From an uncultured delta proteobacterium (lineage in GTDB: Bacteria; Desulfobacterota; Binatia; Binatales; Binataceae), in NCBI GenBank assembly GCA_963765675.1, contig CAVXXK010000001.1:128001-192000 (forward strand): 64,000 nucleotides of DNA, given 5' to 3'. Below are positions 52,270-64,000 of the stretch, piece by piece. The notes under the pieces are model-generated. The model was not told where the DNA came from. It worked only from the letters and a program-made list of their open reading frames with translations, and did no database searches. A program made the position numbers and the translations under genes. The first letter of the stretch is position 1; each line of letters starts with the position of its first letter.

Positions 52270-53151
52270 CTACTCTTCCTGCTCCGCGCTCCAGAGCTGG
52301 ATCAGCACGCCAAACGCGTCGCGCGGCGACACGTAGGCCTCTTTCTCGCCGCGCCAGTTGATCGATTCATCGACCACGCGCACGCCGCCCGCCTTGAGCT
52401 TCGCCACGGTCTCGTCGAAGTCCTTCAGCACCAGCGTGATGTGATGCATCCCCTCGCCGTAACGGTCGATAAATTTGGCGACGAAATCGTTTTTCGACCC
52501 ACCCGGCGGGCTCTGGATAAACTCGACCTTCAAACCCGCGACCTGCATATGGCCAAGCGCAAAACTGCCGTCGTCGACCAGATGCTGATCGTGATCGATC
52601 GAGGTCGGGGTAAAATATTTCGTGAAGAAGTCGTAAGCCTGGTTGATATCGCGTACCGCCAACGACACGTGATCGAACTTCGCGCGGTCGTCGCGCGGCG
52701 GATTCTGCTTATGGTCGGCGTCGAAGTCGGGGACTTGCCAGAACTGCACCAGCGCGCCGAATGCCGAGCGCGGCGAGATGAACGCGGTTGCGGAACCGGA
52801 TGGATATTTCTGCTCATCGACCACCCGCACTCCACCCGCGCGTAGCCTCGCGACGACCGGATCGAGATGGTCCACCTCGATCGACAGATGATGCATCCCC
52901 TCGCCGTGCTTCTGGATGAACTTGGTCACGAAGCCGGGCTGGCCCGGCAGATCCTCGATCAGCTCGACGACGAATCCGCCGAGATGAAAATCCTGCCAGT
53001 AGAAAGCGCCGCTCACCTGATCGTCGCGCGTCTTGGGGCTGCGCTGGATCGCGGGAAAATAGCGCGTGAAGAACTCGGCCGCGCGATCGATTGATTTAAC
53101 CGCGATCGACACATGATCGAAACGCATCCGCACCTCTGTTGCCGCTGCCAT
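52270..53151 (-). CDS. Tandem VOC-domain protein (methylmalonyl-CoA epimerase-like, duplicated)
   Basis: Two repeats of FDHVS.AV...GEGMHH...VRVVDE...SPR.AFG. Confidence 0.85.
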   Translation of the reverse strand: MAAATEVRMRFDHVSIAVKSIDRAAEFFTRYFPAIQRSPKTRDDQVSGAFYWQDFHLGGFVVELIEDLPGQPGFVTKFIQKHGEGMHHLSIEVDHLDPVVARLRAGGVRVVDEQKYPSGSATAFISPRSAFGALVQFWQVPDFDADHKQNPPRDDRAKFDHVSLAVRDINQAYDFFTKYFTPTSIDHDQHLVDDGSFALGHMQVAGLKVEFIQSPPGGSKNDFVAKFIDRYGEGMHHITLVLKDFDETVAKLKAGGVRVVDESINWRGEKEAYVSPRDAFGVLIQLWSAEQEE

Positions 53152-53494
53152 CGTGAACCGATCTCCTTTCCGGGCGTCGAAATCCGCGTATCCGATGCGG
53201 TTGTCCGCGCCCGCCCGCGCCGCGTGCCATGAGATTTTCGCCCGCGGGATAGCGATTATGATTCCAAGGATTTCGCGGCGCGAACGCGCCGGAAACAGCC
53301 ATGGTTCGAGAGCCTAGAGAATCATGTTTAGCGCCGCCGGTCGAGTTCCCGCCCCGTTTCATCGGCGCGAAAAAACACGCGGCCGGTGACGCGCCAGCAA
53401 CCGAAACGTGCTCCGCCAGACCATCGGCCATCCGTTGTGAAGCTTGCTCGCGTACACGCCGAGCGATTGTCCCGCGCGCGAAAGTGTCGGCACG

Positions 53495-54151
53495 TCAAAG
53501 AAACTCGAGCCGGGCGCTCAGTCCCGACTCGCCGCCCGTCACGACGATATAGCCGCCGCCCTTGAACGGTCCGGCGTTGAAGATGCGCGTAGGGCCGATC
53601 ATGTCCTCGCCCGCGGACTCATGGATATGGCCCGAGATGCAGATGTCGGGCTTGAACTCCTCGATAAACCGCCGCGCGGCGGTGCTGCCGACCGATTTAC
53701 CCGACGATATCCGATCGCATTTGGTATCGATCGGCGGCGGATGACAGATCATCAGCGCGGGACGGATGCCGGAAATCTGCGCGTAGCCCGCGCATAGCGC
53801 GGCGTAGATTTCATCTTCGGTCAACTCGGTCGGAGTGTGGAACGGCGTGATATTCGAACCGCCGCATCCGAAGATCCCGATCCCGTTAACGATTCGGCCC
53901 GTTCCATGAAGCGCGATTCCCTCGGCCTCAAGAAACGGAATCGTCTCGCGCCGATCGAGGTTGCCCGGCAGCGCGAGGATATTGGGACATGCGCGGCGAA
54001 CGTCATCGAGGACCACGCGCATCTCGTCCGGTCCGCCAAAGTTGGTCAAATCTCCCGACAGGATAACAAGATCGCAATCGCGCATGACGGAGCCCATCCG
54101 CTCAAGATTGCGCGTAGCCATATGCACATCACCGAACGAGACGATCTTCAT
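53495..54151 (-). CDS. Calcineurin-like metallophosphoesterase
   Basis: GDVH, GDLT, GNLD, HPPP, GHIHE. Confidence 0.88.
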   Translation of the reverse strand: MKIVSFGDVHMATRNLERMGSVMRDCDLVILSGDLTNFGGPDEMRVVLDDVRRACPNILALPGNLDRRETIPFLEAEGIALHGTGRIVNGIGIFGCGGSNITPFHTPTELTEDEIYAALCAGYAQISGIRPALMICHPPPIDTKCDRISSGKSVGSTAARRFIEEFKPDICISGHIHESAGEDMIGPTRIFNAGPFKGGGYIVVTGGESGLSARLEFL

Positions 54152-54246
54152 CGGACATCCACCACGATTCGAGCTTACCGGAGCGGGGACTGACCGGGTA
54201 GTCCGCGCGTCGCCACTGACACAGGCTTAAGCGAAGATCACGCGGG

Positions 54247-54275
54247 AGACGGCCGGTTCGCAAGCCGCCCCTACG
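54247..54275 (-). repeat. GTAG-type REP palindrome
   Basis: Minus strand CGTAGGGGCGGCTTGCGAACCGGCCGTCT, resembling the 7673 copy. Confidence 0.6.
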
Positions 54276-54315
54276 AAGACAGATTTGTTTCGCTTCGTTT
54301 CGAACGGGCGGATCG

Positions 54316-54412
54316 CCTGCAGATACCCTCTCCCTCCGGGAGAGGGCGGCGCGGCGCGATGCTTGCGATTCTTTTTCGCAAGCATCGTGACGCGCGGGTG
54401 AGGGTGCTGCTC
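54316..54412 (+). repeat. BoxC-like structured repeat, copy D (abuts the DUF559 stop codon)
   Basis: Same outer architecture as A/B with a different inner hairpin CGATGCTTGCGA..TCGCAAGCATCG. Confidence 0.85.
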
Positions 54413-54781
54413 TTACTCCTCCAGCACCGCAAGAATTTGCTTGATGACGGTATCCGTTTCGCGTAAGACCACATCGTTCCCGAACCTGACTACGCGATAG
54501 CCTTGCGTCTCGAGGAACTCCTCGCGCTCATCGTCGTAAACCTGCTGCTCGACATGCTGTCCGCCATCGAGCTCGACCACCAGCTTTCTTTCAACGCAGC
54601 AGAAGTCGGCGATATAAGGACCGATCGGGAATTGGCGGCGGAATTTCAGGTCAGCGAAACGCCGTCCGCGTAGATGTTTCCAGATCGTACGCTCCGCGTC
54701 GGTCATTTCGCGGCGCAGTTTGCGCGAGTTTGTGAGCGCCTTCGCCGAGAGTAGTGGCTTATGCGTATGTGTGCGCTTCAT
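54413..54781 (-). CDS. DUF559 (Vsr-like restriction-fold) endonuclease
   Basis: LRREMTDAE..W..LR, KFRRQ.PIGPYIADF, LVVELDGGQH, GYRVVRF. Confidence 0.9.
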   Translation of the reverse strand: MKRTHTHKPLLSAKALTNSRKLRREMTDAERTIWKHLRGRRFADLKFRRQFPIGPYIADFCCVERKLVVELDGGQHVEQQVYDDEREEFLETQGYRVVRFGNDVVLRETDTVIKQILAVLEE

Positions 54782-54791
54782 GAGAAAAGGC

Positions 54792-54890
54792 GCAGAGCAG
54801 CACCCTCACCCACGCGTCACGGCGATTGCTGAAAAGAAGCAATCGCCGCGCCGCGTCGCCCTCTCCCGTGGGGAGAGGGTATCTTGCAGG
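54792..54890 (-). repeat. BoxC-like structured repeat, copy E (inverted relative to D)
   Basis: GCAGAGCAGCACCCTCACCC...CCCTCTCCCGTGGGGAGAGGGTATCTTGCAGG, starting 10 bp upstream of the DUF559 ATG. Confidence 0.85.
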
Positions 54891-55176
54891 AAATCCAGAA
54901 TATAAATCGGAAGGGCGGTGTTGCCACCGCCCTTCCCCGTCACCACATCCGCCACCCCACCACACACTTTTCGGCGCGCCACGCGCGCTGCGTTTTGGGT
55001 GGGCCCCGGAGGAATCACCAAGCCGATTCCGCGATTACCAAAGTCTCCCCGAAAATCGTCCGATGATTCTCCCCGACCGCGCCGGAAACCGGATTAAAGT
55101 TTTCGTCCGCCCCCATCCCCGCCGTCCGATTCCTCCAGCGCCCTCACTCCCCACAACCTCCGGGGCCCCAAATTCG

Positions 55177-55440
55177 TCAGGCCTGTGCGGCGGCAGGATG
55201 CCGCGCGCATTCAGGGCCAATCGTTGATACCGTTTCTTCCGTCTCGACTATCTCCCACTCATCGCGGCCCTCGAGCTCGAACACCGCCGTGCATTCATCG
55301 CATTCGATCCACGCGCGGCTCGGCTCGCACTCGTCGCCGTCAACCCTCGCGATCAGATGCAGTCCTTCCGCGCGATGACTCCGCGCGATCGCGCCGAACG
55401 CCTGCGACTCGAAAATCTCCTTGCTTCCACCGCTCATCAC
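55177..55440 (-). CDS. Small hypothetical protein downstream of nrdJ (Cys-containing)
   Basis: GAGG RBS right after the nrdJ stop; CDEC motif. Confidence 0.55.
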   Translation of the reverse strand: MMSGGSKEIFESQAFGAIARSHRAEGLHLIARVDGDECEPSRAWIECDECTAVFELEGRDEWEIVETEETVSTIGPECARHPAAAQA

Positions 55441-55449
55441 CGCACCTCC

Positions 55450-58275
<2,826 letters not shown>

Positions 58276-58359
58276 CGGCCCCCACCTCCGCCTCTTTGCG
58301 TGCCTGTTAAAAACTGCCCCCAGCCCGTTGGGCTAAATCGCCGCTGATTGCCCTTGGGA

Positions 58360-58486
58360 CCACCACATATAGGGCTGAGCCATTCAGCGGCGTGGGCGGA
58401 AATATGCGCTCTCGCATAGCTGAATGTCAAGTCCAAAAGCGCAACCTGTAGTGTGGAAGACCTTGTGCACAACCTATATATTAGGC
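58360..58486. promoter_or_regulatory. NrdR boxes upstream of nrdJ
   Basis: CCACCACATATAGGGC (58360), GCGCAACCTGTAGTGT (58439) and AACCTATATATTAGGC (58471) resemble acaCwAtATaTwGtgt; the last two are 32 bp apart. Confidence 0.7.
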
Positions 58487-58495
58487 TGTGGATAA
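58487..58495 (-). promoter_or_regulatory. DnaA box
   Basis: TGTGGATAA = perfect TTATCCACA on the minus strand. Confidence 0.6.
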
Positions 58496-58664
58496 TATTT
58501 CGTAAACCCTTCGCCCACGTAGTTCCGCTTTTCATTCGAGAGGTTGAAAATTAGAGTACCTAATTCATTGACGAGGCCCGGAAGACACTCTCCGAGCAGA
58601 TCGGATAGGCGCATTTTACCGCGTCATTTCAGGCTGGATTGATCCGCGCTATCGTAAACCCGCG

Positions 58665-59111
58665 ATGGCATCGAAACGTTCGCGTCCGCTGGTCACGATC
58701 GCATCGGCCCTACAGCCGATTCTCGATCGCCTGGATATCGAAGGCGAGTTCGGACTCGGCCGCCTGATTCGCGCATGGCCGGAGATCGCGGGCGAGACGA
58801 TCGCGCGGCGCACCGAGGTGGTGTCGCTCAAATTCCACACCGCTGTGATTAAAGTTTCAGGCGCGATGTGGATTCAGGAATTGAACCTGATGAAGGCGCA
58901 GATCCTTGCGCGTGTGCGCGAGACCGTCGGCGACGATATCGTGCGCGACATCCGCTTTATCGCCGGACGCCTGTCGCGCAGAAATCCACCGAAGCTGCGC
59001 ACCGTGCCGCGTCCGACGCGCTACGCGTTCGAGCTTCCGCCGATTCGCGATCCCGAGTTGAAGCGCGCCTTCGAGCGCCTGATCGAAGCGTGGGGCCGCG
59101 CGGGAAATTAG
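58665..59111 (+). CDS. DUF721/DciA family protein
   Basis: WPEIAGETIARRT...WIQELNLMKAQIL..V.DIRF. Confidence 0.8.
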   Translation: MASKRSRPLVTIASALQPILDRLDIEGEFGLGRLIRAWPEIAGETIARRTEVVSLKFHTAVIKVSGAMWIQELNLMKAQILARVRETVGDDIVRDIRFIAGRLSRRNPPKLRTVPRPTRYAFELPPIRDPELKRAFERLIEAWGRAGN

Positions 59112-59228
59112 CGGCCGCACACAGTCTGTGGATTGTCCCAAATTCGCGCCTAGCGCTATTGGCGCGCGTTTGTGGCAAGATTCGCACGAGCAAAATTTTT
59201 TCATCCGGAAACATACGGGGACCTATCG

Positions 59229-60311
<1,083 letters not shown>

Positions 60312-60329
60312 AAAAAGAACGGGGGGATG

Positions 60330-60400
60330 CCCGGGAACGCCAATCTCCTGATTGGCGGATTGTGCCCACGCACGCCAATCGGGAGATTGGCGCTCCCGGG
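60330..60400. repeat. REPIN-like doublet between convergent genes
   Basis: CCCGGGAACGCCAATCTCCTGATTGGCG ... CGCCAATCGGGAGATTGGCGCTCCCGGG. Confidence 0.75.
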
Positions 60401-60404
60401 TTTT

Positions 60405-61384
60405 CTACATTCCCGCTTGCAGCGCGGCGAGGAGCGCCGGGCCGTGGAGCGCGAGCAGGCGCGAGAGCTCGAAGCATAGGCCGAACAGGGCGCCGAAGAT
60501 TCCGCCGTTGACGCGAATCCAGTCCAGATGCGTCCGCGTCTTGGTCTCGATCTGAAACCTAATCTGATCGTCGGTCAGACGCGCCAGGTTGTCCTTGACC
60601 ATCTGCGTGATCTGCCCGCGACTCGCCTCGACCGCCCGCCGCACCATCGCCGCCATCATCGCGCTGGCTTTCTCGTGCGCGAAGCTGGCGGGCTTTTGCA
60701 GCTCGGCGCGCGAGCTCGTGAACCGCGCCCTCGAGCGTGCTCATCAGGCTCGGGATCGTCGCGCAGCTCGGGCAATCGATGCCGCAGGTTCGCGACGATC
60801 CGCGAGCTCAGCGAGCGCACGCCCACCCGATTGAGTGCGGCGTAAATCCGGGTGAAGGTCTTCGGCAGCACCTTGCGCAAAATCGCGTCGAGCCGGTCCA
60901 GCGCCTGCTCGGATTCGAGCGCCGCCGTCACGCGATCCATCACGTGCCCGACCGCCTCACTGCCGAGCACCTCGTCGATTTTGACTTCCGTCAGATACGC
61001 GCCCGCGCGCGCAACTAGATCCATCTCGCCGAGCTTGCGCCCGATCATCTCGGGCGTGAGCCATTCCTTTTCGATCGTCACCGCGATTCCGTCGATCAGC
61101 TTGACCCGGTTTCGCGGCAGCACGCCCGAGTTGGGCAGATACCATCGCCGCTCGAAGATCATCTTGAGCGCGATATAGTCGCATAGCCCGCCGATCAGAG
61201 CCGCCTCGCCCATCGCGCGCACGACCTCGCCCGCGATCGTAAGCGTGGTGAAGCGAAGGATGATCCAGCCGGCGATATAGCCGACCGCCGAGAGGGCAAG
61301 CGTCAGATCGCCCTTGCGCGAGAAGAGGAACTCGTTCCAGGTCGCGGGCGCGCGCCGTGCGACCATAACTTGAGCACTATCCAT
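60405..61384 (-). CDS. DUF445 family protein, two apparent frameshifts at ~60748 and ~60708
   Basis: EAALIGGLCDYIALKMIF..GVLPRNR N-terminus and LDWIRVNGGIFGALFG C-terminus in different frames. Confidence 0.75.
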
Positions 61385-61512
61385 GCTTAAGATTGTGGCC
61401 CGACCGGCGCGCTAATCAAGCCGCCCTGATGCAGTCAAAACATTGCTACCGTGCGCTAGTCAGAGTGTGGTATTGCATTCCACGCTGCGTCATCAGCAAA
61501 AGGAGCGCATCG

Positions 61513-62628
61513 GTGCAATTACGCGGCATCTGCGGACTGATTTTGATTGCGGCAGTTCTGGTCTGCGCCGGATGCGCCACCAATCGATCCACTAGCGCTC
61601 CCGTCGCAATCGCGACGGCCGCCGCGCCGGCGCCGCTTGACCTCTGCCCCGAACCCACCGAGAGCCAATCGGACGCGCCAACATCGGTGGCGAATCAGCC
61701 TGGATACACGCAGCTTGCGATATCGGTTACCGACGCTTCTGGAAAGCCGCTCCCGGGCCTGCGCCAATCCGATTTCAGCGTGGACCTTCCTGGACAGCAT
61801 CTGCCGATCGTCTATTTCGCCAGCGAGGAGCACACCGCGCCAACTTCGCTCGTGATCGTGATCGACGAATCGGGAAGCATGCATGGAAAGCTGGTCGCGC
61901 CGAACGATATGCTCCCGGCGATCCGTGGCAAAATTTCGGGTGTGGTCGGAACGCTGAACCGATGCGACGAGTTCGCGATCGTGATGGCATCGGGCGCTCT
62001 CCTGACTGGCAACCAATCAGAAACGAACAAGGTCCGCGTCCTTCAGCCGTTCACGACCGACCACGGGCTCCTGTTAAGCGATATTTACGCCTACACGCCG
62101 CAAGGCGAGACTTCGCTTTACGACGCGATCGATATGGGCTTGAAGACGGCGGAAGGGGCGCACTATCACCAACGCGCTCTGATCGTAATCACCGACGGAA
62201 TCGACAACACCAGTACCACGAAAAAGGACCAATTGACCGCTAGCTTGCGACGCTCGCGAGTCGAGCTCTTTGTCATCGGAGTGGGAGATCCGTCCATCGG
62301 CGTAAATTCGGCGCCGATCGCAATCGGTCCATTTCTGGTCGGGTCACAGTCTGACCTCGTGAGGTTGGGCGCAAAAAGTATGAGCGATCTGTCGGCCGCC
62401 GCGAATGGCCAATTCATCGAGGCCCAAGCGGTTACAAAAGATCAGGGCGCATCGTTCGCTCAGGCTCTGCAAAGGGTTAGCGATACTCTTGGCAGCAGTT
62501 ATTTGATTGGTGTCGTTGTTCCGCCGCGCGTCGAGGCGCCGAGCGCGCCGCCCAACGTAACCTTGCGGAGTCATCCCGACGCCATCGTGAAGACGCGCGT
62601 CGTGCCCGCACAATCTCCGAGTTCCTGA
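61513..62628 (+). CDS. VWA-domain lipoprotein
   Basis: AGGAG RBS with GTG start; lipobox-like CAGC; DESGS MIDAS; TSLYDA; ITDGIDN. Confidence 0.8.
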   Translation: MQLRGICGLILIAAVLVCAGCATNRSTSAPVAIATAAAPAPLDLCPEPTESQSDAPTSVANQPGYTQLAISVTDASGKPLPGLRQSDFSVDLPGQHLPIVYFASEEHTAPTSLVIVIDESGSMHGKLVAPNDMLPAIRGKISGVVGTLNRCDEFAIVMASGALLTGNQSETNKVRVLQPFTTDHGLLLSDIYAYTPQGETSLYDAIDMGLKTAEGAHYHQRALIVITDGIDNTSTTKKDQLTASLRRSRVELFVIGVGDPSIGVNSAPIAIGPFLVGSQSDLVRLGAKSMSDLSAAANGQFIEAQAVTKDQGASFAQALQRVSDTLGSSYLIGVVVPPRVEAPSAPPNVTLRSHPDAIVKTRVVPAQSPSS

Positions 62629-62630
62629 AA

Positions 62631-62681
62631 GGTGGCACCGGCTTTAGCCGGTGCGGGCCACAGGCTGAAGCCTGTGCCACT
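62631..62681. repeat. REPIN doublet of GTGG-type REPs
   Basis: GTGGCACCGGCTTTAGCCGGTG-cgggc-CACAGGCTGAAGCCTGTGCCAC. Confidence 0.75.
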
Positions 62682-62771
62682 AATTCCGGAAAGTCTGCCA
62701 ACGAACCCACCTAACGTATTCCTATCCTGCCAGTGGGCAGGCGCGGCTCGCTTGGCTAAGATAAACTTCTC

Positions 62772-64000
62772 ATGCGCTGGACTACCGCCAATATCCGTCA
62801 GTCGTTCCTCGATTTCTTCAAGGATCGCGGCCATACCGTCGTGCCCTCGTTCTCGCTGGTGCCCAAGGGCGACCCGACCCTGCTGTTCGTCAACGCCGGG
62901 ATGGTTCCGTTCAAAGATTATTTCCTGGGCGTGCGCACTCCTGCGCATCGCCGCGTCGTCGACGTGCAGAAATGCCTTCGGATCAGCGGCAAGCACAACG
63001 ACCTCGAAGCCGTGGGCCGCGATACTTATCATCACACCTTCTTCGAGATGCTCGGCAACTGGTCGTTCGGCGACTACTACAAGACCGAGGCGATCGCCTG
63101 GCACTGGGAGCTGATCACCAAGGTCTGGGGCGTCGATCCGAGGCTGCTCTACGCGACGGTGCACAAGGACGACGACGAGGCCCGCGGCATCTGGCTCAAG
63201 ATGGGCGTGCTGCCGCCCGAGCGTATCCTGACTTTCGGCGACAAGGAAAATTTCTGGGAGATGGGCGAGACCGGCCCGTGCGGCCCATGCTCCGAGATCG
63301 ATATCGATCGCGGCGCGCCCGCCTGCGACGGCGCCGGGCATCCGGGAGTCGCGTGCGGGGTCAACGTCGACGGATGCGAGCGGTTTATCGAGCTCGGCAA
63401 TCTCGTCTTCATCCAGTACAACCGCGACGCGTCGAAAAAATTGACCCCGTTGCCGATGAAATGCGTCGATACGGGCACCGGCCTCGAGCGCGTCGCCGCC
63501 GCGCTGCAAAGCCTCGAAACCGGCCGCGTCCTCGGCAACTACGATATCGATCTGTTCCAGACGATCATCTCGAAGGTCAGCACCGCGGCGTCCGAGCTGG
63601 GCTCTGGAGCACGCTACGGCGAGAATGCCGAGAGCGACATCTCGTTCCGCGCGATCGCCGATCATGCGCGCACGATGACCTTTCTGATCGCCGAGGGCGT
63701 GATGCCCGGCAATAGCGATCGCGAGTACGTTCTGCGCCGGATTATCCGCCGCGCCGCGCGCCACGGCCGCTACCTCGGGATTCATCGCCCGTTCCTCGCG
63801 GGGGTGCACCAGGGCGTGGTCGAGGCGATGGGCGCCGCGTATCCCGAGCTTCGGGAGAACAGCGCAAAGATCGCCGACGCGATCACGCAGGAAGAAGCGC
63901 GCTTCGGTGAAACGCTCGATCGCGGCCTCGAACTGATCGAGCAGGAGCGCGCGCGGCTGGCGAGATCGGGAGGCAAGACGCTTTCAGGCGAAGTCGCGTT
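62772..64000 (+). CDS. alaS: Alanine--tRNA ligase (5' part, runs off the window)
   Basis: MRWTTANIRQSFLDFF..HTVVPS..DPTLLFVNAGMVPFK, HHTFFEMLGNWSFGDYYK, DTGTGLER. Confidence 0.96.
   Translation, partial: MRWTTANIRQSFLDFFKDRGHTVVPSFSLVPKGDPTLLFVNAGMVPFKDYFLGVRTPAHRRVVDVQKCLRISGKHNDLEAVGRDTYHHTFFEMLGNWSFGDYYKTEAIAWHWELITKVWGVDPRLLYATVHKDDDEARGIWLKMGVLPPERILTFGDKENFWEMGETGPCGPCSEIDIDRGAPACDGAGHPGVACGVNVDGCERFIELGNLVFIQYNRDASKKLTPLPMKCVDTGTGLERVAAALQSLETGRVLGNYDIDLFQTIISKVSTAASELGSGARYGENAESDISFRAIADHARTMTFLIAEGVMPGNSDREYVLRRIIRRAARHGRYLGIHRPFLAGVHQGVVEAMGAAYPELRENSAKIADAITQEEARFGETLDRGLELIEQERARLARSGGKTLSGEVA

Noticed and set aside
54900-55176. ncRNA in the C-rich spacer downstream of the nrdJ operon
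   Set aside because: Only one hairpin (54909-54936, a possible terminator) is evident and no family could be recognised.
58276-58660. Cobalamin riboswitch or oriC upstream of nrdJ
   Set aside because: No B12-box or recognisable core is visible. There is only one perfect DnaA box and no dnaA/dnaN context.
59112-59228. LexA box upstream of recA
   Set aside because: No match to known SOS-box consensus types could be supported by eye.

Overview
High-GC bacterial chromosome segment. The gene repertoire (LLM oxidoreductase, amidohydrolases, VOC proteins, class II RNR, Tad pili) resembles Deltaproteobacteria-related soil lineages such as Candidatus Binatota; this is an inference, not a verified placement. 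The window opens with the 3' half of a tRNA-Asn, probably the right attachment site of an island lying to the left. It carries a split Tad/Flp pilus locus (tadE-tadE-tadG on +; flp x3-cpaB-cpaC-cpaE-cpaF-tadB-tadC on -) with sigma54 -24/-12 motifs and an NtrC-family activator between the blocks. Also present: three type II toxin-antitoxin pairs, an orphan nuoI, a thiC-bcp-moeB cluster, a TetR/RND efflux system, a hybrid kinase, nrdJ with NrdR and DnaA boxes, dciA, recA and the start of alaS. Intergenic DNA is dense with several families of palindromic repeats. The most striking feature is a DUF559 endonuclease gene directly flanked by two inverted ~90-bp structured repeats, with solo copies of the same repeat elsewhere in the window. 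This looks like a RAYT/REPIN-style autonomous/non-autonomous system built on a different nuclease. Several genes carry single-base frameshifts that are most simply read as sequencing errors.
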